Positions 1 through 9,178 are shown, counted from the stretch's first letter. The stretch is DNA of 64,000 bases from Firmicutes bacterium HGW-Firmicutes-9 (GCA_002841395.1 PGZM01000004.1:71842-135841); one strand, 5' to 3'. The notes: a model not told the origin generated them from the sequence alone. Translations and numbers: made by a program.

Positions 1-1
1 C

Positions 2-157
2 AGCATATCAACGGATCGCAAGTCGGTAAGCAACGTGTATATTGTGAGCCGTGATAATCAGCCCGACTATGTGGTAAGCCTTGCCCGCGTGGAAACAGGC
101 GGCAAGAGCGGAATAACCAACTTGTCCATTGAGATTCTACTTGCCACCTTTGGTTGA
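2..157 (+). CDS. 3' end of an unidentified CDS entering from the left edge (partial)
   Basis: Frame 2 is open from the window edge to TGA at 155-157 (...NVYIVSRDNQPDYVVSLARVETGGKSGITNLSIEILLATFG*). No recognisable motif. Confidence 0.3.
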   Translation, partial: SISTDRKSVSNVYIVSRDNQPDYVVSLARVETGGKSGITNLSIEILLATFG

Positions 158-245
158 GCAGGGTATTAAGCGAAATCTATTCAACCGAGTAAAATTGTGA
201 AATCGTGCCGTGCACATAATAAGATGATTTGGATAGGAGAATTGT

Positions 246-1079
246 ATGAGAAAGCTTCGTCGGCGTCTCGCTGTCGCAATGGCATTGATGATCATCGCGT
301 CTATGCTTGCCGGATGCAACCTGTCGTCTGCGGTCACGGAAGCCATCGCAGAAGCGTTGCCGGAGGCTACCGCAACGATGGAACCAACGCCGATGCCTAC
401 GCCGACGCCGGAGCCGACACCGGAAGTGATTCCCGAATATACAGCGGGAACGATTGAAGGGCGGGAATATCGGAACGAGTTTTTCGGAATTGGCTGCAAG
501 CTGGACGGTTCATGTGTGATTGCGTCTGAGGAAGAGCTTGACGAATTGAACAGAAGTGCCCTTGATAGGCTGGAAGACTTAGACTTGCCGCAAAGCTATA
601 TGGATTGGGCAGACGAGATCGAGAGCACACAAGAATTCTATGCGTTTGCAAACAGAGGCTTGCAGACGATCAGCATCTCCACAGAAGATGATACAAAACT
701 TATTTCTGACTATGCTGATGTGGATATATACGCGCTGTTGCAGAATTCGTTATATATTCTCATTCAAACAGTTGAGCAGGCTGGCATGCTTGTATATGAC
801 AGGGATCTCACGAGAGTTATGATTGATGAAACCAAACAAGCGGCAGCTACCATAGAGGCGGATCTCGATGGTGTATCGGTCAATATTCTTATTGTGGCGA
901 TTCAACGCGGCGCACATTTTAGTTTTATCAATATCACGACCGTTGGCGGCGATACGACAATGGAACTGTTGAAGAATTTCTATATGATCGAGCAGTCCGA
1001 GGAAGAACCTGAAAACGAGCGAATTGAATTGGCATTGCCATCGGAAAAGGCCGTCTTCTTCGAGGGTTTTTACATTTAG
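246..1079 (+). CDS. Exported lipoprotein, function unknown
   Basis: ATG preceded by GGATAGGAG. Signal peptide with lipobox MLAGC. Pro/Thr-rich linker (EPTPMPTPTPEPTPE) followed by a globular domain. Confidence 0.75.
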   Translation: MRKLRRRLAVAMALMIIASMLAGCNLSSAVTEAIAEALPEATATMEPTPMPTPTPEPTPEVIPEYTAGTIEGREYRNEFFGIGCKLDGSCVIASEEELDELNRSALDRLEDLDLPQSYMDWADEIESTQEFYAFANRGLQTISISTEDDTKLISDYADVDIYALLQNSLYILIQTVEQAGMLVYDRDLTRVMIDETKQAAATIEADLDGVSVNILIVAIQRGAHFSFINITTVGGDTTMELLKNFYMIEQSEEEPENERIELALPSEKAVFFEGFYI

Positions 1080-1113
1080 ATTTACGAGGAAAGTGTATTC
1101 GAGGCAATGATAC

Positions 1114-1145
1114 AAAAAGATCCCGCATGGATGCGGGATCTTTTT
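1114..1145. terminator. Bidirectional intrinsic terminator between the convergent lipoprotein gene and pyrE
   Basis: AAAAGATCCCGCAT-GG-ATGCGGGATCTTTT: perfect long stem flanked by an A-run and a T-run. Confidence 0.7.
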
Positions 1146-1159
1146 ATGTATCGAACGCT

Positions 1160-1741
1160 TTATTTCGCCAGCGGTAACTCTCTGCTGCCCGGTTTCTCCA
1201 GCTTGATCTTGCCCTCGCGGCAGATCGGGCAGTCGTCCGGCTCGTAGGAGTCGATGGAGAGTTTCAGTGCGGCGTAGACGGGCAGCGCAAAGTCGCAGTC
1301 TTCCGCTCTGCGATCCGCAATGCATGCGGCGCCGATGACCTCCGCGCCCATGTCTTCTAATGCTCTGACCGTTTCCATTGTGGATTTCCCCGTGGTGATG
1401 ACGTCCTCCGCGATCAGAATTTTATCGCCTTTGCCGACGGAGAAGCCGCGCCGCAGCTGCATTTCGCCGTCTTTGCGCTCGGTGAAGATGCTCTCTACGC
1501 CGAGCTGCCGCGCAAGCTCGTAGGAGACGATCACGCCGCCCATCGCAGGGCCGCACACCTTTGTGATCGGCAGATTCTTCACCTGCTCCGTGACGGTGGA
1601 GAGGACCTCCGCCGAGAGTTCGGGAAAGCGCAGCAGCTTTGCGCACTGGCAGTAGCCGCCGCTGTGCCGCCCGGAGGAGAGGAGGAAGTGTCCTTCTAAA
1701 AACGCTTCGCAGCTTTTCATGATGGTTAGATTGTCTTTCAT
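1160..1741 (-). CDS. pyrE: Orotate phosphoribosyltransferase
   Basis: PRPP-binding motif ILIAEDVITTGKST. Last gene of the pyr operon. Start moved to the internal ATG at 1741, which has AAGGAG upstream. Confidence 0.93.
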   Translation of the reverse strand: MKDNLTIMKSCEAFLEGHFLLSSGRHSGGYCQCAKLLRFPELSAEVLSTVTEQVKNLPITKVCGPAMGGVIVSYELARQLGVESIFTERKDGEMQLRRGFSVGKGDKILIAEDVITTGKSTMETVRALEDMGAEVIGAACIADRRAEDCDFALPVYAALKLSIDSYEPDDCPICREGKIKLEKPGSRELPLAK

Positions 1742-1769
1742 AGAGTCGCTCCTTAACAATAATTTCTAT

Positions 1770-2678
1770 TTAAATGATCCCGACGATCTCCTGCAGGTTG
1801 GCTAAGCCTTCCTGTGCGCAATATTCCGCGAGACCGTCGATGATGGAGAGCATCGCATTGGGATCGGCAAACGTCATGGTGCCGACCTGTACGGCGACTG
1901 CCCCCGCCATCAGAAACTTCAGCGCGTCCTCTGCACTGGTGATGCCGCCCATGCCGACCACGGGGATGTTGACCGCGTGCGCAACCTGATGCACCATCCG
2001 CAGCGCGATGGGGAGTATCGCGGGTCCGGAAAGACCCGCGTATATGTTTTCAAACACGGGACGTTTTTTCTTGACGTCGATCGCCATGCCGAGAAACGTG
2101 TTCACGAGGCTCAGTGCGTCCGCACCCGCGCCTTCACAGGCGCGCGCGACGGCGACAAGATCCGGCGCGTTGGGCGAGAGCTTGACCATGACCGGATGCT
2201 TGGAGACCGCCTTGACTTTTTTCGTGATGTCCGCCGCCGTGTCCGGCAGCATGCCAAACGCCATACCGCCCGCCTTGACGTTCGGGCAGGAGATGTTGAG
2301 TTCGAGGATATCGATGTCCGCGTTGTTGAGAAGCCGTGCGCCTTCGAGATAATCTTCCTCGCAGTGCCCGCCGAGGTTGGCGATCACCGCGGGGCCAAGC
2401 GTGCGCATGTAGGCTGCTTCGTGTTCGACGAAGTGCCGCACGCCGGGGTTCTCCAATCCGATGCTGTTGAGCATGCCGGACGGGGTTTCGTAGACGCGCA
2501 TGCCCTTGTTGCCCGCGCTGCCGTTCAGCGTCAGCCCTTTTCCGCTGATACCCCCGAGGCGCGAAATATCCATGACTTCGCTGTATTCGTGCCCGAAGCC
2601 GAACGTGCCGCTTGCCGCGATCACAGGGTTTTTGAGAAAAATACCACACAGGGTAAGTTCGAGTGGATTAGATTGCAT
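1770..2678 (-). CDS. pyrD: Dihydroorotate dehydrogenase, class 1B catalytic subunit
   Basis: MQSNPLELTLCGIFLKNPVIAASGTFGFG... TIM-barrel DHODH signature. The ATG at 2678 overlaps the pyrK stop. The longer track ORF (to 2915) is an Arg/Ala-rich extension inside pyrK. Confidence 0.92.
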   Translation of the reverse strand: MQSNPLELTLCGIFLKNPVIAASGTFGFGHEYSEVMDISRLGGISGKGLTLNGSAGNKGMRVYETPSGMLNSIGLENPGVRHFVEHEAAYMRTLGPAVIANLGGHCEEDYLEGARLLNNADIDILELNISCPNVKAGGMAFGMLPDTAADITKKVKAVSKHPVMVKLSPNAPDLVAVARACEGAGADALSLVNTFLGMAIDVKKKRPVFENIYAGLSGPAILPIALRMVHQVAHAVNIPVVGMGGITSAEDALKFLMAGAVAVQVGTMTFADPNAMLSIIDGLAEYCAQEGLANLQEIVGII

Positions 2679-3384
2679 CGCGCACCTCCCGATAGTCGAA
2701 CACGGGACCGTCCTTGCAGACGCGTTTTCTGCCGTGCTCGGTTTGGCAGGTGCAGCCGAGGCACGCACCAACGCCGCACGCCATGTGTTTTTCAAGCGAG
2801 ACAAACAGGTTTGCGCTTGCCTCATCCGCCGCGCTTGCCGCCGCGCGGAGCATCGGCGCGGGCCCGCAGGCGTAGTAGGTGGCGTCGAGCGAAAAATCCA
2901 CGTCGTTGACCACATAGCCGCCGATGTTGCGCGTTACGCTGTCCGCGTACTGCTCAAACGACTTCTCTAGATACGCTTCTTCGCGAAAACCTAAATACAC
3001 GTCGATCATTCGCGTGGGGTCGCTTGCGTGAAGTTCTTTTGCGAGCTGGAGCATGGGCGCAGTACCGATGCCGCCGCCGATGAGTACGGCGCGGCCAGCT
3101 TTCAGCGGGAATCCGTTGCCGTAAGGCCCTTGCGCTTCGATTTCCTGCCCCGGAAGCAGCCGCGCAAACTGCGCCGTGCCGCGTCCGACGGTCTGGTAGA
3201 CGAATGTCGTTTCGCCCAGTTCCGCGTCGATCTCGCAGATGCTGATGGGTCTGCCTAGCAGCGGATCGAGCGCGCCCGGCACGCGCAGCATGAAAAACTG
3301 CCCCGCGCGGCCAAGCGGCGTGCCGGAGACGGTCATTCGCCAGATGGCGGATGCGATTTCTGAGTTGCTTTTGATGATTGCCAC
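2668..3384 (-). CDS. pyrK: Dihydroorotate dehydrogenase electron-transfer subunit (FAD/2Fe-2S)
   Basis: FNR-like fold with C-terminal CGVGACLGCTC cluster motif. Sits immediately upstream of pyrD. Confidence 0.9.
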   Translation of the reverse strand: MAIIKSNSEIASAIWRMTVSGTPLGRAGQFFMLRVPGALDPLLGRPISICEIDAELGETTFVYQTVGRGTAQFARLLPGQEIEAQGPYGNGFPLKAGRAVLIGGGIGTAPMLQLAKELHASDPTRMIDVYLGFREEAYLEKSFEQYADSVTRNIGGYVVNDVDFSLDATYYACGPAPMLRAAASAADEASANLFVSLEKHMACGVGACLGCTCQTEHGRKRVCKDGPVFDYREVRDAI

Positions 3385-3408
3385 AGATATCGTTCCTTTA
3401 CGTTGGCT

Positions 3409-4254
3409 TTACAGCTGTTGTAGGATGTCGTTCTTCATGTCCAGCGTGGCCTTGCGGGTGTGGTCGGTGAAGCGCGCGTCCTCGCTCTTACCCTTGTGCG
3501 CCGTGAGGATGCCGCGGGAGGAGTTGACCACGCCGCGCACGCCCTCCTTGAAGAAGCCCGCGATGTCCTTGCCCGTGCCGCCCTGCGCGCCGTAGCCGGG
3601 GATGAGCAGGAAGGTGTGCGGCAGCAGCGGGCGGATGCGCTCGAATTCTTCGGGGTATGTGAGCCCCGTCACCGCGCCGATGGCGGAGAAGCCGCTGGCT
3701 CCGATGAAGCGTTCGCCCCAAGCGGAGACCTTGCGCGCCGTGCGCTCGTAGAGTGTTTCACCGTCTACGATCAGGTCTTGAAAGTCCTTGCCGCTGGGGT
3801 TGCTGGTTTTGACCAGCGCGAACACGCCCTTGCCCGCTTCGAGGTAGGGATAGTAGGGAGAGGCCGCGTCCTCACCCATAAAGACGTTGATGGTCATCAC
3901 GTCGGTTTCAAAGTCGCCGGAGAAGTGCGCGGTTGCGTACTGCGCGGCGGTGGAGGAGATGTCGCCGCGCTTTGCGTCGGTGATGGTCACGTTGCCGCGG
4001 CTTCTTGCGTATTGCAGTGTCTTTGCAAATGCCTTCATACCGTCGAGTCCCAGCGCCTCGTAGCAGGCAATCTGGAGCTTGAAGCAGCCCGCAATGTCCT
4101 CCGTGGCGTCGATGATTGCGCGGTTGAATTCGAGTATCTTTTCGCCCTCTGTGCCGCTCTTCTCTTTGATGTAGTCCGGCAGGAAGGAATATTGTGTGTC
4201 CAAGCCCACGCAGACGGGGCCTTTTTTTTGTACGGCTTCTACTAATTGCTGCAT
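3409..4254 (-). CDS. pyrF: Orotidine 5'-phosphate decarboxylase (long, type 2)
   Basis: VCVGLD...DAKRGDI motifs typical of OMP decarboxylase. pyr operon context. Confidence 0.9.
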   Translation of the reverse strand: MQQLVEAVQKKGPVCVGLDTQYSFLPDYIKEKSGTEGEKILEFNRAIIDATEDIAGCFKLQIACYEALGLDGMKAFAKTLQYARSRGNVTITDAKRGDISSTAAQYATAHFSGDFETDVMTINVFMGEDAASPYYPYLEAGKGVFALVKTSNPSGKDFQDLIVDGETLYERTARKVSAWGERFIGASGFSAIGAVTGLTYPEEFERIRPLLPHTFLLIPGYGAQGGTGKDIAGFFKEGVRGVVNSSRGILTAHKGKSEDARFTDHTRKATLDMKNDILQQL

Positions 4255-4289
4255 TTCTCTCTCCTAATCTCTTTCATGTGTCGTATTGA

Positions 4290-5450
4290 TTATATCGCGG
4301 TGTTGTATTCGTATCTGGTTTCGCCGTCGATCACCGTGCGGAGCACCCGTCCCATCACCTTGCGTCCGTGGAAGGGCGTGTTGTGCGAGCGGGAGATCAT
4401 CTGCATGGTGTCGATCTCGCTCTCTTCTTCGACCGAGAGCGCGGTGACGTTCGCGGCGTATCCCGGCAGGAAGAGCCCGGCCTTGATGCCTAGTCGCTTC
4501 GCGGGCGCGAGGGAGAGCATCTCCGAGAGCCTTGTGAGCGGGATGTTGTTCTCTTGAAACACCTTGAGGTAGATCTGGAAGGCGTGTTCGATGTTGCTGA
4601 TGCCCGCCATGCCGTTTGCCTTGTCGGCGGGCGTGTGCGGCGCGTGGTCGGTGGCGAGACAGTCGATTGTGCCGTCCTTGATTCCTTCGATCAGCGCGTC
4701 CACATCCGCGCGCGTACGCAGCGGGGGATTCACCTTGTAGTCGCTGTCCCAGCCGAAGAGGTGGTGCGGCGTGACCTCGCAGGTGAGCTGCAGACCCTCG
4801 GCTTTTGCGCGGCGCACCATCTCCACCGTTTCGGCTCTGCTGATGTGGCCGATGTGCAGGTTACCGCCGACCTCGCGCAGGAGGTTGATGTCGCGCTCGA
4901 CGATCTTGCGCTCCGGCTGGCAGTGCGTGCTGATCAGGAACCCGTATTTGGTTGAGTCCAGTAGCAGCTGCCGCATGAATTCGTCGGAGAAGATCGTCTT
5001 GCCGTCGTTGCTGAGCACCTTCGTGACCTTGCTGAGTTCCGCGCGGTCAGTGGGTTGATCGTCGCCAAGCGATTCGCCAGCGGCTGCTGCCTGCGTGAGC
5101 TTGCAGAGGCGGAGGTGGTTCGCCTTCTCGTGGTTTTCCTGCACCATCGCGGGCGTCGCCATCACGGGGCTCGTGTTCGCCATCGCGATCAGGTGCGCAT
5201 AGCCGCCCTTGAGCGCGGCGCGCATGCCCGTCTCCATCGTCTCTTTTTCGGGGTAACCGGGATCGCGCAGGTGGCAGTGCAGGTCGATGAATGCCGGCAT
5301 GAGCGCGTTTCGCCGCATGTCGATGACGCGGTCTGCTTTTTGCCAGCAGAGCGCCGCGCAAGCGGTGATGACACCGTCCTCTATGCAGAGGTCTCCATAG
5401 CGTTCTCCCTGTGCGTCGATGAGGCGTGCGTTTCGATACAGCGTGATCAT
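4290..5450 (-). CDS. pyrC: Dihydroorotase
   Basis: Amidohydrolase metal motif DLHCHLRDPG and TDHAPH. pyr operon context. Confidence 0.9.
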   Translation of the reverse strand: MITLYRNARLIDAQGERYGDLCIEDGVITACAALCWQKADRVIDMRRNALMPAFIDLHCHLRDPGYPEKETMETGMRAALKGGYAHLIAMANTSPVMATPAMVQENHEKANHLRLCKLTQAAAAGESLGDDQPTDRAELSKVTKVLSNDGKTIFSDEFMRQLLLDSTKYGFLISTHCQPERKIVERDINLLREVGGNLHIGHISRAETVEMVRRAKAEGLQLTCEVTPHHLFGWDSDYKVNPPLRTRADVDALIEGIKDGTIDCLATDHAPHTPADKANGMAGISNIEHAFQIYLKVFQENNIPLTRLSEMLSLAPAKRLGIKAGLFLPGYAANVTALSVEEESEIDTMQMISRSHNTPFHGRKVMGRVLRTVIDGETRYEYNTAI

Positions 5451-5492
5451 ACCGTTTCTCCTTTCGCGATTGCGGGTTGTTGGTGCTTTGTG

Positions 5493-5915
5493 TTACAGGC
5501 GTGTGCGCACGTCGCAGTATTCGCAGGCGTACTGGTTTGTGTGCGCGTCCACGAGGTGGAACTTCACGTCCGTGATGCGCTCATGGTTTGTGATGCAGCG
5601 CGGGTTCTTGCAGGTGAGGATGCCCGTGACCGTCTGCGGCGGCGTGAGGCTGACCTTGTTGACGCGCTCGCCGTTTTTCACGTAGTTGATGGTTACATGC
5701 GGGTCGATGAGGCCGAGTACTTCGAGGTTCAGGTCGAGGTTGGATTCGATCTTGATCAGGTCTTTTTTGCCCATCTTCTCGCTGTCCACGTTGCGCATGA
5801 GCACGACCACATCGTCGAGGCGGTCGAGGCCCAGTTGCTGAAAGATTTTATATCCGTGACCGGCGCGAATGTGGTCGATCACGATGCCTTCTTTGAGTTT
5901 GGAAACGTTGATCAT
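5493..5915 (-). CDS. pyrI: Aspartate carbamoyltransferase regulatory subunit
   Basis: 140 aa with C-terminal Zn cysteines (CKNPRCIT...CEYC). Directly downstream of pyrB. Confidence 0.9.
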   Translation of the reverse strand: MINVSKLKEGIVIDHIRAGHGYKIFQQLGLDRLDDVVVLMRNVDSEKMGKKDLIKIESNLDLNLEVLGLIDPHVTINYVKNGERVNKVSLTPPQTVTGILTCKNPRCITNHERITDVKFHLVDAHTNQYACEYCDVRTRL

Positions 5916-5985
5916 GTTGTTTTCCTCCGTTTCTATTGATCGGGTTTGAACACATCAGGTTGTTTTCGACGTGTCCGTCGCTTTT

Positions 5986-6915
5986 TTACGCGGGTTCCTG
6001 TGCGCCGAGCAGCTTCATGATGAGCGCCATGCGCACGAACATGCCGTAGCGCACCTGTTCGAAGTAGGCCGCGCGCGGGTCGCTGTCCACCTCTGTGGCG
6101 ATCTCGTTGATGCGCGGCAGCGGGTGCATGACGATCATGTCCGCTTTGGCGAGCTGCATCTTTTCCGCAGTGAGGATGAAGTAGTCCTTCAGGCGCAGGT
6201 ATTCCTCTTCGCTGATGAACCGCTCTCTCTGTACGCGGGACATATAGAGCACATCGAGCTCGTGGATCGAGCCTTCCAGGTCGGTGGTTTCGGTGTAGGA
6301 GATGCCCTTTGCGTTGAGCTCTTCTTTGACAAAGGCGGGCATGGTCAGTTCTTCCGGTGAGATAAAGCGGAAGCGGACGTTTTCATACCGCGCGAGGCAG
6401 GTGACGAGGGAGTGGATCGTGCGCCCGAACTTCAGGTCTCCGCAGACGCCGACCGTGAGGCCGTTGAAGTTTCCTTTATAGTGGCGGATGGTGAGCAGGT
6501 CTGTCATCGTCTGCGTCGGGTGGTGGTGTCCGCCGTCGCCCGCGTTGATGACCGGCACGCCCGCATAGCGGCTCATGAGCTTCGCCGTGCCTTCCTTCGG
6601 GTGGCGAACCACGATCAGGTCGGCATATTTGCCGATCGTGCGCGCGCTGTCCGCGATGGTCTCGCCCTTTGCCGCGCTGCTGGTGTTCGGATCCGAGAAG
6701 CCCAGCGTGTTGCCGCCGAGGCGGAGCATCGCCGCGTCGAAGGAAAACTTGGTGCGCGTCGATGGCTCGTAAAACAGGCTCGCCATGAGCTTGCCGCGGC
6801 AAGCGTCGGCATAGCGTTCGGGTTTTTGGATGATGCGCTCCGCGAGGCGAAGCAGTTCTTCGATTTCCTCGAGGGTGAAGTCGCTGGGGGCAATCAGGCT
6901 TTTGTCTTTCAGCAT
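5986..6915 (-). CDS. pyrB: Aspartate carbamoyltransferase catalytic subunit
   Basis: STRTKFSF carbamoyl-phosphate motif and HPLPR. AAAGGAGAG RBS. Confidence 0.94.
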   Translation of the reverse strand: MLKDKSLIAPSDFTLEEIEELLRLAERIIQKPERYADACRGKLMASLFYEPSTRTKFSFDAAMLRLGGNTLGFSDPNTSSAAKGETIADSARTIGKYADLIVVRHPKEGTAKLMSRYAGVPVINAGDGGHHHPTQTMTDLLTIRHYKGNFNGLTVGVCGDLKFGRTIHSLVTCLARYENVRFRFISPEELTMPAFVKEELNAKGISYTETTDLEGSIHELDVLYMSRVQRERFISEEEYLRLKDYFILTAEKMQLAKADMIVMHPLPRINEIATEVDSDPRAAYFEQVRYGMFVRMALIMKLLGAQEPA

Positions 6916-6964
6916 TTTTGTTCTCTCCTTTTTCGCTCCTCCGCGCGCGGGCGGGGCAGGTCAT

Positions 6965-6991
6965 AAAAAAACACCGGTTACAAAACCGATG
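6965..6991 (-). terminator. Leader terminator 3 (attenuator), immediately upstream of the pyrB RBS
   Basis: Minus-strand RNA CAUCGGUU-UUGU-AACCGGUG followed by a U7 run. One pair is G-U on the minus strand only, an A/C clash on the plus strand. Confidence 0.6.
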
Positions 6992-7100
6992 TTGAAAAAC
7001 AAATATAGAATTGAGGGAAGATGGTTTTGAACGCTGATTTTTTGAAAGCACCGAGTTTGATAACAACAATTCTGAACAAATCAGCAACCCTGCTCACGTG

Positions 7101-7151
7101 AGCAATAAAAAAGCTTTGATCAAAAAGAAAATCTCTTTTCTCGATCAAAGC
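7101..7151 (-). terminator. Leader terminator 2; proximal copy of a tandem repeat of about 50 nt
   Basis: Minus-strand GCUUUGAUC...(inner AGAAAA-GAGA-UUUUCU)...GAUCAAAGC followed by UUUUUUAUUGCU. Confidence 0.6.
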
Positions 7152-7172
7152 CGAAATGAGGGAATCGATCTT

Positions 7173-7220
7173 AGCAATAAAAAAGCCTTGATCAAAAAGA
7201 AAATATCTTTTCGTCAAAGC
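7173..7220 (-). terminator. Leader terminator 1; distal, slightly degenerate copy of the same repeat (period 72 bp)
   Basis: Minus-strand GCUUUGAC...GAUCAAGGC followed by UUUUUUAUUGCU. The stem keeps a minus-strand-only G-U pair. Confidence 0.5.
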
Positions 7221-7308
7221 TTCAAAATACAAAATCGAATGAGAAGAAAATTTAGGAATACGGGGAGTGCGGAGGCGATTCTGGATTCTTTCTGCTTGCA
7301 CCCGCGGG

Positions 7309-7341
7309 CTCATCCTTGTTCCTGCCTTTCCTTCGGATTTT
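7309..7341 (-). promoter_or_regulatory. Possible PyrR-type binding loop at the 5' end of the pyr leader (tentative)
   Basis: Minus-strand AAAAUCC-GAAGGAAAGGCAGGAACAA-GGAUGAG resembles the remembered PyrR loop (UCC, purine-rich AGAGAGGC, AAGGA). It needs gaps to align, and no pyrR gene is in the window. Confidence 0.3.
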
Positions 7342-7354
7342 ACTCATTTTGAGC

Positions 7355-7383
7355 AGTATATAAGAATATCCACTGCTTGTCAA
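7355..7383 (-). promoter_or_regulatory. Sigma-A type promoter of the pyr operon
   Basis: Minus-strand TTGACA, 17 nt spacer, TATACT. Confidence 0.6.
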
Positions 7384-7654
7384 GAACGATTTTTCCTGCG
7401 ATGAGTCGGTTAATTTTATATAAATGCATTGGTGGTACAAATGTAAGTTTTTATCATTTGTTCCACATATATTCATGCATGCAAACATTTTTTCTGCCGC
7501 AGGACAACCTGCACATTTGCGTTCGTAAAATGATTTGTATCGTGCAAAATCGCAATTATTCCGCGATTTGACGGCGTTCCTGCAGAATTTGTAGCAGGGT
7601 AACAATTCCGGGGCAGCCAAAATTATATATTGCATACGGAGTGCATAGATAGGG

Positions 7655-7683
7655 TTGCGCTACCTGTGATGCAAGGTTATAAT
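7655..7683 (+). promoter_or_regulatory. Promoter of the first liv operon
   Basis: TTGCGC, 17 nt spacer, TATAAT, about 75 nt upstream of the ATG at 7762. Confidence 0.55.
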
Positions 7684-7761
7684 TTTTGCAGGTGTCGGTT
7701 CCAGTGACCCGGCATCATTGGTCATTCAAAAGCTCAAACAAAAAATTGGAGGAAAGAGTCA

Positions 7762-8967
7762 ATGAAGAAGTTAGTAGCGATTCTACTGGCGCTCGTTCTC
7801 GTCGTGTCCCTTGCTGCGTGCGCAAAGCCCGCCGCGACGACCGACACCCCTGCAGCAGAGGCGCCCGCTTCCGGCAATCCTGTCGTGAAGATCGGCATCT
7901 ATGAACCCGCTTCCGGCGACAACGGCGCGGGCGGCAAGCAGGAGACCCTTGGCATTGAGTACGCACATTCCGTCAGCCCGACCGTTGAAATCAACGGAAC
8001 GACGTATGATGTCGAACTCGTCAAGGTCGACAACGAGAGCTCCAACGACAAGGCGGCCTCCGCCGCGTCCACGCTGGTTTCGGCGGGCGTGTCGGTCGTG
8101 CTCGGTTCCTACGGCTCCGGCGTGTCCATCGCGGCTTCTCCGTCGTTTGAAGCGGCTGGCATTCCGGCCATCGGCATCACCTGCACCAACCCGCAGGTTA
8201 CCGAAGGCAACACGCACTATTTCCGCATCTGCTTCCTCGATCCCTTCCAGGGCACGGTTCTGGCGAACTATGCCTATAGCACCCTTGGCATGAAGACGGC
8301 GTACTGCCTCTCCAAGCTCGGCGACGACTATTCCGGCGGCCTTGTGAACTACTTCGTCAAGGCATTTGAAGCCCTCGGCGGCACCTGCGTGCAGGATACC
8401 TTCCCGGATGGCAACAGCGACTTCACAAGCTACATCAACAACGCCAAGAACAGCGGTGCAGAAGTCTTCTTCTCGCCGGTGTCCACCGAAGCAGCCCAGC
8501 TGATCATCGACCAGGCGGAATCGCAAGCTCTCGGCATGCCGATTCTCGCAGGCGATACGTGGGATTCCAACGTTATCCTCCAGGCCGCGAAGGGCAAGAC
8601 CGTTGACGTCACCGTCACGACGTTCTATCCTGAAGGCGCGAATGCCGAGTTCGACGCGGGCTTTAAGGCCTGGGTCAACGCGGACGCAACCCAGCTCGCC
8701 AACAACGGCGGCGACGACACCGTTGCTGCGGTTACCGCGATGGGTTATGACGCCTACTTCTTCGCCCTCGAAGCGATGAAGAAGGCCGCCAGCATCGACC
8801 CCGCCGCCATCATGGAAGCTCTCTGGAGCACCACCTATGAAGGCGTTTCCGGCCCGATCGCGCTCGATCAGGTCAACGGCGATGCAATCCGCAACACCGC
8901 GTACGTCAAGCACGCGAACAATGAAACCGGCGCATGGGATGCCCTGCCCCCGGTTACGATTGGCTAA
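7762..8967 (+). CDS. Branched-chain amino-acid type ABC substrate-binding lipoprotein (LivJ/K family), system 1
   Basis: Lipobox SLAAC. Periplasmic-binding type I fold features. First gene of a livHMGF-type operon. Confidence 0.88.
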   Translation: MKKLVAILLALVLVVSLAACAKPAATTDTPAAEAPASGNPVVKIGIYEPASGDNGAGGKQETLGIEYAHSVSPTVEINGTTYDVELVKVDNESSNDKAASAASTLVSAGVSVVLGSYGSGVSIAASPSFEAAGIPAIGITCTNPQVTEGNTHYFRICFLDPFQGTVLANYAYSTLGMKTAYCLSKLGDDYSGGLVNYFVKAFEALGGTCVQDTFPDGNSDFTSYINNAKNSGAEVFFSPVSTEAAQLIIDQAESQALGMPILAGDTWDSNVILQAAKGKTVDVTVTTFYPEGANAEFDAGFKAWVNADATQLANNGGDDTVAAVTAMGYDAYFFALEAMKKAASIDPAAIMEALWSTTYEGVSGPIALDQVNGDAIRNTAYVKHANNETGAWDALPPVTIG

Positions 8968-9178
8968 TCAACGTACAGCTGCATGCGGCGGGGGCTACTT
9001 ACCCCCGCCGCGCTTCATAAGAGCGAACGGATGCGTTTCTTGCCCTGCTCGATCGGCCGTGTGCCGAAACAACCGCATCGTTCGCGTAAAATGGGATGAA
9101 TTTCTGACAGATCGCTCTAAGCTTTTCTGAAACACGCGCCGCGCCGTCCTCGGCCGCGGCATGGATGGAGGCTAATCA

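Noticed and set aside
137-499. 120-aa minus-strand ORF overlapping the start of the lipoprotein gene.
   Set aside because: It is a Gly/Val repeat mirror image of the Pro/Thr-rich linker on the plus strand. It has no RBS, and the plus-strand gene has a proper signal peptide.
1770-2915. Longest-ORF starts for several genes (pyrD, pyrE, livM-1, the permease at 14171, the ATPase at 14949, the deaminase, livF-2, the exporter at 22026, the DUF2202 gene, DegV, TetR, the MFS at 63213, and others).
   Set aside because: The upstream extensions overlap the preceding gene, are compositionally aberrant and lack an RBS. Internal starts with AGGAG-type sites and conserved N-termini were preferred.
7101-7220. 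Tandem repeat considered as a possible CRISPR or minisatellite.
   Set aside because: There are only two copies. Each is a hairpin plus a U-run on the pyr sense strand, and there are no cas genes. I interpret them as duplicated attenuators.
7252-7635. 127-aa ORF (and 7377-7571 on the plus strand) in the AT-rich pyr/liv spacer.
   Set aside because: It overlaps the predicted pyr promoter and leader, has no RBS, and its Cys/Lys-rich composition is implausible. I treated it as non-coding regulatory DNA.
7783-8913. Long antisense or off-frame ORFs opposite real genes. Examples: 7783-8913(-), 10296-11381(-), 11182-12018(-), 16471-17838(-), 33683-34783(+), 43429-44850(+), 52579-53541(-), 58071-59063(-), 59857-60807(-).
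   Set aside because: These are typical high-GC shadow ORFs. Their products are Arg/Ala/His/Gly-rich with no motifs, they lack RBSs, and each overlaps a gene with clear family signatures on the other strand or frame.
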